38,806 nt of DNA, taken from positions 1 to 38,806 of the IMG/VR virus record IMGVR_UViG_3300006120_000041; one strand, 5' to 3'. A program made the position numbers and the translations under genes. Source of the stretch: a virus. Its lineage: Duplodnaviria; Caudoviricetes. The notes beneath the pieces were generated by a model. The model was given only the letters and a program-made list of their open reading frames with translations. It was not told the DNA's origin and did not search any database. Shown here piece by piece: positions 1 through 8,398 of the stretch. Position 1 is the stretch's first letter. Each line of letters opens with the position of its first letter.

Positions 1-49
1 TGTTGTTTTTATGCAACACTGTTTGATCTTGTTGTTTTTTACTGTTCAT
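1..49 (-). CDS. Possible 5' end of a leaderless ORF (MNSKKQQDQTVLHKKQ...) running off the window edge
   Basis: ATG at 49-47 lies 6 nt after a perfect -10 box; frame open to the edge. Too short to judge. Confidence 0.3.
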   Translation of the reverse strand, partial: MNSKKQQDQTVLHKNN

Positions 50-55
50 GCTGTT

Positions 56-84
56 ATTATAGCAAAATGACTATTTGGTGTCAA
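56..84 (-). promoter_or_regulatory. sigma70-type promoter TTGACA-17-TATAAT
   Basis: Minus strand reads TTGACA ccaaatagtcattttgc TATAAT aacagc ATG. Confidence 0.85.
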
Positions 85-233
85 TCTGCTAGCGACTGGG
101 CACGATGTTTAGTGTGGCGTCGATACAACACACGATTTTGCTCAGTTTGTGGGCGAAAAGGCAAGTCGCGATCAAACAACACACGATGTGCTCTGGGTTG
201 TGGATTACTGGTACGTTTAGGTGTTTTCATCAT
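81..233 (-). CDS. 50-aa basic protein, ArfA (alternative ribosome-rescue factor)-like; not in the ORF track
   Basis: Hand translation: MMKTPKRTSNPQPRAHRVLFDRDLPFRPQTEQNRVLYRRHTKHRAQSLAD*. Preceded by its own consensus promoter. The L-x-D-x-x-x-P-F-R...Y-x-R-x-x-K-H pattern resembles the ArfA core. Confidence 0.6.
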   Translation of the reverse strand: MMKTPKRTSNPQPRAHRVLFDRDLPFRPQTEQNRVLYRRHTKHRAQSLAD

Positions 234-239
234 TCTGTA

Positions 240-268
240 ATTATACAAAAAACATCATTTTAGGTCAA
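240..268 (-). promoter_or_regulatory. sigma70-type promoter TTGACC-17-TATAAT
   Basis: Minus strand TTGACC taaaatgatgttttttg TATAAT tacaga ATG. Confidence 0.85.
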
Positions 269-274
269 GCCCAT

Positions 275-302
275 AAAAAAACCCTACAACTTGTAGGGTT
301 TT
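275..302 (-). terminator. Intrinsic terminator, possibly bidirectional
   Basis: Inverted repeat AAAACCCTACAA-c-TTGTAGGGTTTT flanked by A/T runs, just downstream of the 322..1071 stop. Confidence 0.85.
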
Positions 303-321
303 AAGTAAAAAGTATTAATTT

Positions 322-1071
322 TTATGCCTGGACGCAATTCCCTAAACCTACATTTAAATTATAAGAAATTGTGCTACCACTTTCAACAATCCAAGTCCAA
401 CAACCTTCTGATTTAGGTCTTGGAGGAACCTGTTGTATTCCGTTGACCATAACACTACTACGTGGGTCTGGTGTCCCTTCTGAATTAGCAGGTTCACCGT
501 GATAACATCTTACATATGTGTCAGCAGTACCTGTAACATCGCTCATGCCTTTTAGTTCAATGGCAGTAGCAGGTACAGTTTGTCCTTCGGGGCAATTAGG
601 CGATCCTATCAGCCAGGTTCCGTTGCCGTTGTCTGACACAGTAACAGTAACATTTGCTATTCCTGTACCAGACAACATCATAAATGGCATAATGTTGCCT
701 GATGTCACTGAGCCAACTGTTAGAGTATTTCCTGTGATACTTGAGTTATCAAGAGTGGCAGTTGTTTTCACATGCTCAAGCATATAATTACACTTGATTA
801 CTGTCATAGCAACACCATCGCCATTGCTGACTTCTATTGACATAGGATAAGAACCAGCGAAATCTGTAGGAAATAGTGGACTATTTGGAATGGTGAACAA
901 AACTGGAGCATTAGCTGTTTCATCTGGAGTCAGTGGCCCTAAAGGGCCACTCACTGTGGCCACTTCTCCAGAAAACACAGTGGTGCCATTTATAATAGCG
1001 TTCAATGAAACATTACTGTTTCCAAATGCATATCCATAAAATTGTAAAGTTCTGTTTTGTACTGTTGCCAT
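322..1071 (-). CDS. Probable virion structural protein (beta-rich, with a tail-fibre-like SITGNTLTV..V.SG segment)
   Basis: 249 aa, G/S/T/N-rich; AGGAG RBS and TAAATA late box upstream; terminator downstream. Confidence 0.55.
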   Translation of the reverse strand: MATVQNRTLQFYGYAFGNSNVSLNAIINGTTVFSGEVATVSGPLGPLTPDETANAPVLFTIPNSPLFPTDFAGSYPMSIEVSNGDGVAMTVIKCNYMLEHVKTTATLDNSSITGNTLTVGSVTSGNIMPFMMLSGTGIANVTVTVSDNGNGTWLIGSPNCPEGQTVPATAIELKGMSDVTGTADTYVRCYHGEPANSEGTPDPRSSVMVNGIQQVPPRPKSEGCWTWIVESGSTISYNLNVGLGNCVQA

Positions 1072-1089
1072 GTATGTGTTCTCCTACTA

Positions 1090-1794
1090 TTATTTATCAC
1101 TAGTTACTTGATATGGTAGTATCTGCTGACAATATTCAGTTAATATTCGTTCATGATGCCATTCATTGGCTTGCGGAGAATTAGCAAAATTTTCAAAACA
1201 CGGTGTACCTAGAGTATAGTGCAAAAGTTTTGCCTCTAGATTAGCACCATATTCATCTGGTAACCAGTTCCATTCTTTGGGTAATTCTCCTATCTTGTTG
1301 TCGTTCAGCCAAGAAAATCTATGCAAATACGATCCAGTGGAGTTTTGTATCAAATCAGGTGTGAGAATACTGTTGTCTGGGTGTTGGCAATTCCACAACA
1401 CCACACTGGACCAATTTTTCCGTGGATAGTTTTCGTTTGGATATCCAAGATATTTCACAGGCTTTGACGTTTTATAATCATGTTTTACCACTACTACTGC
1501 CTGGTGATTATTTTGAAAATTACAAATTTCAGTGATGTCTGACCTTACAATCATGTCTCCATCAATAAAAATTGCCCATCCTTGATATTCCATAAGATAT
1601 GGTACAAGAAATCTAGTGTATATAAAATCATTACTACTGTCAGCATGTGTTTCCTTGTATTCTGAAAACAAATTTAATGCCAACGGAATTATTGCCACTG
1701 GATTACTAGCGTGTCTCACAATGCTGTTAACGCAAGTGTGATAAGCAATAGCTTCTCGTGGATCATACCCAATGAAAATTGGTATCGGCTTCAT
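1090..1794 (-). CDS. Glycosyltransferase (GT-A fold, GT8-like)
   Basis: IFIGYD N-terminus, F..TRFLVPYL, DxD motif (FIDGD), YPRKNWSS, WNW and LHYT.GTP motifs; start moved to MKPIPIF at 1794. Confidence 0.85.
   Translation of the reverse strand: MKPIPIFIGYDPREAIAYHTCVNSIVRHASNPVAIIPLALNLFSEYKETHADSSNDFIYTRFLVPYLMEYQGWAIFIDGDMIVRSDITEICNFQNNHQAVVVVKHDYKTSKPVKYLGYPNENYPRKNWSSVVLWNCQHPDNSILTPDLIQNSTGSYLHRFSWLNDNKIGELPKEWNWLPDEYGANLEAKLLHYTLGTPCFENFANSPQANEWHHERILTEYCQQILPYQVTSDK
1091..1096 (-). promoter_or_regulatory. T4-late-like promoter box (gaTAAATA)
   Basis: TAAATA, then AGGAG RBS and ATG at 1071; overlaps the end of the upstream gene. Confidence 0.65.
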
Positions 1795-1799
1795 GTGTA

Positions 1800-2558
1800 C
1801 TAGAGTTTTTCCATCCAGGTTACACTGCGATCCAACCACGGAACAACTAAATCTTGTTGGCGCAGATACCCGTGTGCATTGATACTTTTACACGCACTTT
1901 CTGGCAACAAATTTTGTTCGGCTAAATCATACCAGGTGGTAGAGTTAAAATCCAACGGCCCTTGCATACCTTTGTAAACTACCACATTTATACAAGGATC
2001 TTCTACTGTTTCTTGAAAAAATCCTCCCACACAATCCCATCCGGTAACTGCCAACATATGCATAAGACTAATCATGGTATGATGATAATAGCATGAATTG
2101 TACTGATGGAATGCCAATTTTCCACGATGCACAATAATTGTTTTTGGTACTGAAAGAATCAACATGCCATTATCATTGGTGATATTTCTCCATTTTATCA
2201 GTGTATTCAATGGGTCCAAGCAGTACTGAAAAGCATCATGACACCAAAGTACGTCATATTTGTTGTTTTGTAAAGAGGCAGTATCTTCAAAATTCATGCG
2301 TTGATAAGTAGCATTAGGATATTTTTTAATTATATCACACGTTTCAAATTGATCTACACCTGTGCATCGTATATTCAATGGTTTTGGAGTGTCGTCTCTG
2401 GTGGTCAGACTAGCCCACCATTCTAAGTCGATCCCACTACCACATCCTAAATCTACCAGTGTGCCAATGCTTTCCATAAACTCGTCGTACTCGCGCAAGG
2501 TATTTAAAATAGATAAACTGTGGGCATGACTTAATTTTGACGTTGCAAACGTGTTCAT
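1800..2558 (-). CDS. Class I SAM-dependent methyltransferase
   Basis: LVDLGCGSG motif I, YDVLWC, G.LILSVP; start at 2558 overlaps the uvsY stop (ATGA). Confidence 0.85.
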   Translation of the reverse strand: MNTFATSKLSHAHSLSILNTLREYDEFMESIGTLVDLGCGSGIDLEWWASLTTRDDTPKPLNIRCTGVDQFETCDIIKKYPNATYQRMNFEDTASLQNNKYDVLWCHDAFQYCLDPLNTLIKWRNITNDNGMLILSVPKTIIVHRGKLAFHQYNSCYYHHTMISLMHMLAVTGWDCVGGFFQETVEDPCINVVVYKGMQGPLDFNSTTWYDLAEQNLLPESACKSINAHGYLRQQDLVVPWLDRSVTWMEKL

Positions 2559-3007
2559 ATTTGTATATCCTCCATACCAGCAGTACGTAATCTTACTATG
2601 TGTCCCATTTGCCACTGTTTGGTGTCAAGACCTTTCATAATTCCCAGCCAGCGATTGCGTAACAATGCAACTTCATTGATAATAGTTTCAAAATCAATTA
2701 CTTCGTCTTCACCGTCGACATATTTTTCAGCGTCTCGGCTGGTCAATGCTCTGGCATATCCTTCTAGATACTTTTGAAAATGTCGACGGCGTATTTTTCG
2801 CAATTGAATATTCAGATAATTTAATACTGCTTCAATTTCTTGTAGTTGGTTAAATCGTTGTTCAGTAATGCCGGGCAATGCAGATATATTTTTTTCAACT
2901 ACACCTCCAATACGACAGTCACGTTTAGCTATCTCAAGCTCTTGTTCATAGTGTGCAATAAAGTCAGGTATTGCTCCAAGATCTGATACCACACGACTGT
3001 ACCACAT
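2555..3007 (-). CDS. uvsY: UvsY-like recombination mediator
   Basis: About 150-aa helical protein with KYLE.Y.RAL..RDAEKYVDGE and ..KGLD.K.WQ....VRLR.AG C-terminus; close to uvsX and gp32. Confidence 0.8.
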   Translation of the reverse strand: MWYSRVVSDLGAIPDFIAHYEQELEIAKRDCRIGGVVEKNISALPGITEQRFNQLQEIEAVLNYLNIQLRKIRRRHFQKYLEGYARALTSRDAEKYVDGEDEVIDFETIINEVALLRNRWLGIMKGLDTKQWQMGHIVRLRTAGMEDIQI

Positions 3008-3264
3008 TAGTCTTCCCAATCATGATCGTCATCAGTTTCATCTTCTTCTTCGTCTTCTTCTTCGTAATCTTTATCATTGTCAAGATACACAGTCAATGCT
3101 CGTTTGATGTCAGCGTCGCCCTTAAAGGCAGTTCGAATATCATCTACATCACTGTCGTGATCAATTAAAATTGATACAATAGTTTCTGCGGCATCTGCTC
3201 TGTCCACAGTGTTAACATATCGTTTGAGTTCGCTCCAAAGTTCATTGGCTATGGTTTCAATCAT
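3007..3264 (-). CDS. Hypothetical protein with highly acidic C-terminal tail
   Basis: 85 aa, GAGGAG RBS, ends DYEEEDEEEDETDDDHDWED; TAATG overlap with uvsY. Confidence 0.75.
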   Translation of the reverse strand: MIETIANELWSELKRYVNTVDRADAAETIVSILIDHDSDVDDIRTAFKGDADIKRALTVYLDNDKDYEEEDEEEDETDDDHDWED

Positions 3265-3321
3265 GTCTATCTCCTCTATGGGTAGTTATTTGTTTTATAA
3301 AATTGTTAAATTTTTTCATTA

Positions 3322-5460
3322 TCAATAGTCAAAAGTTTTTGCTGTTAATTTAAGTTGATTTAATTTGGATTGTATAAGTGTATCTGTATTGTTGATAGAA
3401 CCTTGTATCCATCTTTTACTTCTCCTAAATTTTTGAAATGCTATCCAAAAAGAATTTTTCCATTCAAATACAATAGAACTATTGCACCAAAATCCAGGCC
3501 TGGCTTCCGGCATTAGTGCCCCTTGCTCATAGTACTGCGATTGTTGATAAAAATATTCTGGCTCCTTAAGTAATTCTACAGACTCTATCTTTACCGATGT
3601 TAGGTGTATTTTTTTATCAGCAAGGATGTTACCGTGCTTGTCTACTAACGTATCCATTGGTGCTTTGTTGGTCAACCCAAACTCCAAACGATTAGAGTTT
3701 TCGTGATCGTATGGTACATCAAATTCTAACTTGTGATGCCCACTTGGTAACAATTGTTTATAAATTTCTTTATTGTTATAGTTAACTACAAATTCAGCAT
3801 CGCCATTGCATGAAAAACTATCTAGTTCAATGACAATTTTGGTTCCAGGAAATAGTTTTTTAATTTTGTTGTTTAGAAATTCTGAGATATTATCTAGTAC
3901 TGCAATACTTGGACAAACAAAATAATTATCAAAATCTAAATTTTCATCGTAAAATTTTTTCCATTTGTCCTTGCTGTCTTTGAGAGTATTGACAGAATTG
4001 TTAATTGTGGCATAACTGTCGTCGTTGGGGACACCATAGTCTAAGCACATTTGATACATGATTAGCAGTCGGGCTAACCGAGCTTTGATTGTTAGACTGG
4101 GATTTTTTTTGGTGTACCATTGAGTAGTAAAATTTTCCTCCGCAGCATGTATTCCGTTATATTCGTAATCGGTAGCCGCCGGAGTATCTTGAAGCACATT
4201 GAAAATGGTCAATCTTACCGTGGTGATTGTATTGTCTGCATAGTAAGGTCCCAGTTTTAATAACATTTCTAAATGTTCTTCAAAGTCTGAAAATCGTTCA
4301 CTCCAGTGTCCAACAATATTGTTAATATTGGATTGAATTCCGTTGTTGTGCATGTGCTTGAGTTCATAATAAAGACCTTCAACTGTGGTTTTTTTATTCA
4401 TGGATTTCAATACATGATTACTGCCAGACTCTGCACCAATGGTCACATGCCTACAGCCAGACTTGGCTGCCATTTTAAAAAAATCAGGTTTGAGAATGCC
4501 AGGAGGTCTGGCAATCCAATTGCCACTCCAAGAAATACGTTGATCCACTGGACGTGTTTCGTTATAAAGTGCAAGAGCGTTGCATGTTTCCTTTAGTGAC
4601 TTTAAATTACCATTGGCAATAGAATCTGTAAAGGCAAATTCATAAATTTGATATCGTTCTGCCAGATATATCATTTCGCTGGCCAATTTAGCACCTGACT
4701 TGAATGAAAATCTTTTAAATTGTGCACCTACATCACAAAAATCGCAACTGCGCACACAACCTTTACTGCTTATCACAGACAATTGAGGCCGCCCCATTAT
4801 GCCTTTGTATAGATCAAAATTTACATCATCGTAGTTGCTGAATGGATAATCTAAATTTTTGCTACTGGCAGTGAGGTGTGTTAGTTTGGAATCTGTATGA
4901 TCATTAGCAAGTAAATCAATTATGGCGTCCTCGGCATCTCCAATGATTAGATGATCTGCCATTTTCCGTTTAACTACAATATCACTGAAATTAATTAACT
5001 TTTCTGCCGAAGTAAGGTAATGATCAACACTGTAGTGATGTCGAGTGGCCAGTCCACGCCCACCTAATACAATTTTAACATCAGGTAGCTCTTTTCGTAT
5101 TCTAAGCATTAATTCCCAGGCTGCTCTCTGACGATACACCGAAAATACACTTAGCCCTAGGTATCTAAATTTATCTGACTCGTTTTTAATATTTTTTATT
5201 ATAAAATCATAAAATTCGTCAATTAAATTTTGATGTTGGAATTCTGGATTATAAGAAGATAAAAAATATTCTTGAAGCGAATCAAAAAGAAATGAATCAG
5301 ATTTGCAAATAGTATGTAGCAAATTTGTATTGAAATCGTGAGTTTTAATTGAATAACCAAATTCTTGAGCAATGCCTTTGAGTACCGCAGGTCCACATTC
5401 CGCTAGCTCTACGTCAGACCACGGAATACTCAACAAAAGCATGTCATAATTATCAGTCAT
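3322..5460 (-). CDS. Radical SAM protein with probable N-terminal cobalamin-binding domain (class B methyltransferase-like) and C-terminal extension
   Basis: SKGCVRSCDFC (CxxxCxxC), LGLSVFS..IVLGG..IGDAE B12-domain pattern, IGAESGS..VL..MNK. Confidence 0.85.
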   Translation of the reverse strand: MTDNYDMLLLSIPWSDVELAECGPAVLKGIAQEFGYSIKTHDFNTNLLHTICKSDSFLFDSLQEYFLSSYNPEFQHQNLIDEFYDFIIKNIKNESDKFRYLGLSVFSVYRQRAAWELMLRIRKELPDVKIVLGGRGLATRHHYSVDHYLTSAEKLINFSDIVVKRKMADHLIIGDAEDAIIDLLANDHTDSKLTHLTASSKNLDYPFSNYDDVNFDLYKGIMGRPQLSVISSKGCVRSCDFCDVGAQFKRFSFKSGAKLASEMIYLAERYQIYEFAFTDSIANGNLKSLKETCNALALYNETRPVDQRISWSGNWIARPPGILKPDFFKMAAKSGCRHVTIGAESGSNHVLKSMNKKTTVEGLYYELKHMHNNGIQSNINNIVGHWSERFSDFEEHLEMLLKLGPYYADNTITTVRLTIFNVLQDTPAATDYEYNGIHAAEENFTTQWYTKKNPSLTIKARLARLLIMYQMCLDYGVPNDDSYATINNSVNTLKDSKDKWKKFYDENLDFDNYFVCPSIAVLDNISEFLNNKIKKLFPGTKIVIELDSFSCNGDAEFVVNYNNKEIYKQLLPSGHHKLEFDVPYDHENSNRLEFGLTNKAPMDTLVDKHGNILADKKIHLTSVKIESVELLKEPEYFYQQSQYYEQGALMPEARPGFWCNSSIVFEWKNSFWIAFQKFRRSKRWIQGSINNTDTLIQSKLNQLKLTAKTFDY

Positions 5461-6511
5461 CTTTTTCTAAATCAGTTTCCACATATTCTTCTTTGATGTT
5501 GCCAAAATCTTTCATTACAGCGTCGAGACACCCATCGTCGTTACGTTCCCAACCTTTGCGAAACTTTTTAATAATTTCGCCATCACTGGTAGTAAACACA
5601 AGACTGTTGCCTTCTTTTTTAAGCATGCCTTTTTTCTCAATCAAGTCAGTGAGTCCACTGTAGGGACTCATGCCTGTTTCATAAGGAATTTTAACCTGCA
5701 CACCTTCAAACGGTTTTGCATAGCGTGTTTTCATTACCTTACAGGCTGCACGAATACCCATGACATCTGAAATTTTGTTGCCATCTTCGTCTTCTTTGAG
5801 TTTGAGTTTTTTCATGGCAACAACAATACTTGATGCATAGATAAATCCTTGACCGCCTGATATTTTGTCATCTGGATCAAACATGTCTTGACTGGCATAC
5901 GTATGATTGGTACATACTAGGCCTACATTATAACTGCCAAACATATTTACACAATTGCGAACAAGTGCAGTAAGTGCCTTGGGTTTTCGGCCTAGATCAC
6001 CTTTCATTTCACCAGCATCAAATTGATTGACATCTGTGGGTGTTAGCAACATACCTAAACTATCAATCACAAACATGACTTTGGGTCGTTCGCCGTCGGG
6101 CAAGGCCTTGTAATCACTCATGAATGTTGATATCGTTTTTGCAACATCGTCAATCATGGCCATACTTAATTTGAGTAATTTTGATTCGCTAGTGTCTACT
6201 CCTAATGCTTTGAGCCAGTCTTCGTCTAATGCATTTTCACTATCAATCAGTACTACAAAAATTCCTTGCTCTTGTGCATTTTTAATAATGTTCCCGCTAC
6301 AGATGTAACTTTTACCTGCTCCAGAATCACCAGCAAATACAGTAACTTTACCCAGTGGAATACCTCGAGTGAAATCGCCGCTTATTAGATAATTAAGTGC
6401 ATAGTTTCCGGTAGAAATCCAGTCTGTTGGGTCATTGAATCCAATGCTGAGTCCGTCGATGCTTTTGGTTATGTCCTTGCGGAACTTTGATACGTCAAAT
6501 GGTTTGCCCAT
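5453..6511 (-). CDS. uvsX: UvsX/RecA-like recombinase
   Basis: ISTGNYALNYLISG, Walker A GDSGAGKS, IDSENALD, VIDSLGML, SGGQG..YASS. Confidence 0.95.
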   Translation of the reverse strand: MGKPFDVSKFRKDITKSIDGLSIGFNDPTDWISTGNYALNYLISGDFTRGIPLGKVTVFAGDSGAGKSYICSGNIIKNAQEQGIFVVLIDSENALDEDWLKALGVDTSESKLLKLSMAMIDDVAKTISTFMSDYKALPDGERPKVMFVIDSLGMLLTPTDVNQFDAGEMKGDLGRKPKALTALVRNCVNMFGSYNVGLVCTNHTYASQDMFDPDDKISGGQGFIYASSIVVAMKKLKLKEDEDGNKISDVMGIRAACKVMKTRYAKPFEGVQVKIPYETGMSPYSGLTDLIEKKGMLKKEGNSLVFTTSDGEIIKKFRKGWERNDDGCLDAVMKDFGNIKEEYVETDLEKDD

Positions 6512-7268
6512 GTTTAAGCCTTTTTAAAGAATTTATTAATGATAGATTGTTATTTACAAAATACTCTTCGGTGTTCCAATGTAATAGTTGAGGATTGATG
6601 TTTGACATATCACAAACTTTTGCAATGGTTATTGCTTTTTCCCAAAACTCTAAATTGATGTTAACAAACTTGTTTTCTAAACAATTTGCAACAATTGATT
6701 TAATTGTGATTAACCAATCAAAGTATTGTGCATTTTTTTGTAACATAATTTTATAAAAATTATTACTTTTTGTCAAATCCCAATGCCATCCTTGTTGTTC
6801 AGTCATGCACTGCAACTTGTTTGTATTTCCTGACAGATATTCGCCTAGCACAATTTCAGACATGGTGTGGGCACTGTTCATTTTGTTGTTCTGAAACATA
6901 GTCCAATATTTCATTGTTAAATTTTCCAACCATGATGACCCAACTGCATCGGTAAATCCAAACTCAGAAAAATTACCAACGTTTGGTAATTTTTTCCAAT
7001 ATTTTGAATAAGACATTTTTAATCTTAATAACTCATCCCAGTCTTTACACAATATTTTCATAACAATTTTAACATCAGATCTTGGGTATTCGTCACAGTG
7101 CCAAGAAATTAAATTTGTTTTATTGTGATTATTAATCGCATGAGCATTACCTTCGAGAGAAAATAATATATCTGGGTCAATAATTAGTTTGGAACAAGAA
7201 TACAAAGCATGAGCAAGAATAGTATTGCCCATGCTTCCAGGTCTGTAATCAATACAATAAAAAATCAA
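6495..7268 (-). CDS. Hypothetical AT-rich accessory protein (N-terminal PGSMGN loop, possibly sulfotransferase/P-loop-like)
   Basis: 257-aa ORF with TTG start filling the gap between gp32 and uvsX. Confidence 0.6.
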   Translation of the reverse strand: MIFYCIDYRPGSMGNTILAHALYSCSKLIIDPDILFSLEGNAHAINNHNKTNLISWHCDEYPRSDVKIVMKILCKDWDELLRLKMSYSKYWKKLPNVGNFSEFGFTDAVGSSWLENLTMKYWTMFQNNKMNSAHTMSEIVLGEYLSGNTNKLQCMTEQQGWHWDLTKSNNFYKIMLQKNAQYFDWLITIKSIVANCLENKFVNINLEFWEKAITIAKVCDMSNINPQLLHWNTEEYFVNNNLSLINSLKRLKHGQTI

Positions 7269-7269
7269 T

Positions 7270-8241
7270 TTATTGTTTTTGTCTAGCCCGTATCATAGCC
7301 AAAATATCTTCAGCTTTTTGTGCAGGTTTAGCTGATGCCACTGGTGCTGCTGCTACAGGTGTATCATCATCAAATGTTGAAGCTACAGGTGCGACTGCTC
7401 CTGCTGGTGCTATTACCAAAGACTCATCTGACTCCACCAATGTTGTTTCTGGTGCCTGTACTCCAGAAGGACGGAAATATTGACTCCACCGTTCAACATC
7501 GTAGGCCTGGCCATCCACTGATGCTTCAAACATTTCTTTGATCACTTTGAGATCAGTTTCTGTGGGTTTTTTTGGCAAAAATGCTGAAAGATCATACAAG
7601 CCATATTTTTCAATTGCTGATTGTTCTGCTTCTGTGAGTGCGGTTTCTTTACGTGCCCATTTAGAACTGTTGTAATCAGCAAAGCCGCCTTTGGCAGTTT
7701 TGGTAATACGGAAGTCTAGACCTTTCATGTAGTCTGTAGGTAATTCTTCCAACTCTGGATCCATCAGCGCACCCTTGATTAGTGTAAAAATTTGTGGGCC
7801 GATAATAAATCTACGAACGGGATTAGCCGGTGTTCTATCTTCGGAGATCGGGTTTTCACGCACAAAGCCTTGAAAAATATAACTGCGTTTTTTCCAGTAT
7901 TTACGACCCATGTCTTCAAGACTTTTGTCTTTGAACCATGTGCGAACTTCTGCAAGCACTGGGCACGGATCACCCCACATCTCCACACAAGGAACCGGAA
8001 CAAATACTTGTTTTGATTCCATTTCTCCTTTGATGCCGTTGAATGGCAGTCGAATCATTGCTCGTTCGGCCCAGAAGAATGTGTTTTTTGTGTTTGCGTC
8101 TGGAAGGAAGCGTAAGGTAGCTGATTGCCCTTCTTCCATGTTCCAGTGTGGGTAAATTGAATTGTCTCCCCCACCTTGCTGTTGTGAACCTTTGTTTTCG
8201 CTTGCTGCCAGTCTTGCTCTAATTTCTGCTAATGATGCCAT
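7270..8241 (-). CDS. 32: Single-stranded DNA-binding protein, T4 gp32-like
   Basis: LRFLPD, C..M.G..CPV, YWKKRSY, G.DFRI.K..KGG.ADY..S.W, low-complexity C-terminus ending EDILAMIRAR. Confidence 0.92.
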   Translation of the reverse strand: MASLAEIRARLAASENKGSQQQGGGDNSIYPHWNMEEGQSATLRFLPDANTKNTFFWAERAMIRLPFNGIKGEMESKQVFVPVPCVEMWGDPCPVLAEVRTWFKDKSLEDMGRKYWKKRSYIFQGFVRENPISEDRTPANPVRRFIIGPQIFTLIKGALMDPELEELPTDYMKGLDFRITKTAKGGFADYNSSKWARKETALTEAEQSAIEKYGLYDLSAFLPKKPTETDLKVIKEMFEASVDGQAYDVERWSQYFRPSGVQAPETTLVESDESLVIAPAGAVAPVASTFDDDTPVAAAPVASAKPAQKAEDILAMIRARQKQ

Positions 8242-8245
8242 ATTA

Positions 8246-8302
8246 TGTTGCCTTTCTTAAGTTTTAATATGTTGCCTATCAATGATAGTATTTTTGTTGC
8301 CT
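8246..8302 (-). repeat. Three AGGCAACA direct repeats in the gp32 5' leader
   Basis: tgttgcct on the + strand at 8246-8253, 8270-8277 and 8295-8302. Confidence 0.85.
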
Positions 8303-8314
8303 GTGATACCAACG

Positions 8315-8351
8315 AAAAAGCGTATACACATGTTAGTAGTATATACGCTTT
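8315..8351 (-). terminator. 13-bp hairpin with U-run (intrinsic terminator or attenuator) overlapping the gp32 promoter -10
   Basis: Minus RNA AAAGCGUAUAUAC-uacuaacau-GUGUAUACGCUUU-UU; the single DNA mismatch is a U-G wobble on this strand. Confidence 0.65.
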
Positions 8352-8366
8352 GTTTGTCAGCGTCAA
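8338..8366 (-). promoter_or_regulatory. sigma70-type promoter TTGACG-17-TATACT for the gp32-uvsX operon
   Basis: Minus strand TTGACG ctgacaaacaaagcgta TATACT. Confidence 0.75.
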
Positions 8367-8369
8367 TGA

Positions 8370-8375
8370 TATTTA
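8370..8375 (-). promoter_or_regulatory. T4-late-like box (caTAAATA), flanked by a CGTCA/TGACG inverted repeat
   Basis: + strand cgtca-atgatattta-tgacg at 8361-8380. Confidence 0.5.
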
Positions 8376-8398
8376 TGACGCAGTTGTTCTAATTAGAT

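Noticed and set aside
5453-6511. Cellular recA indicating a bacterial chromosome or prophage flank
   Set aside because: The protein is UvsX-like and flanked by gp32 and uvsY; the whole window is phage-like with no integrase or housekeeping genes.
8246-8302. Mini-CRISPR array
   Set aside because: The repeats are only 8 bp with 16-17-nt spacers, and there are no cas genes.
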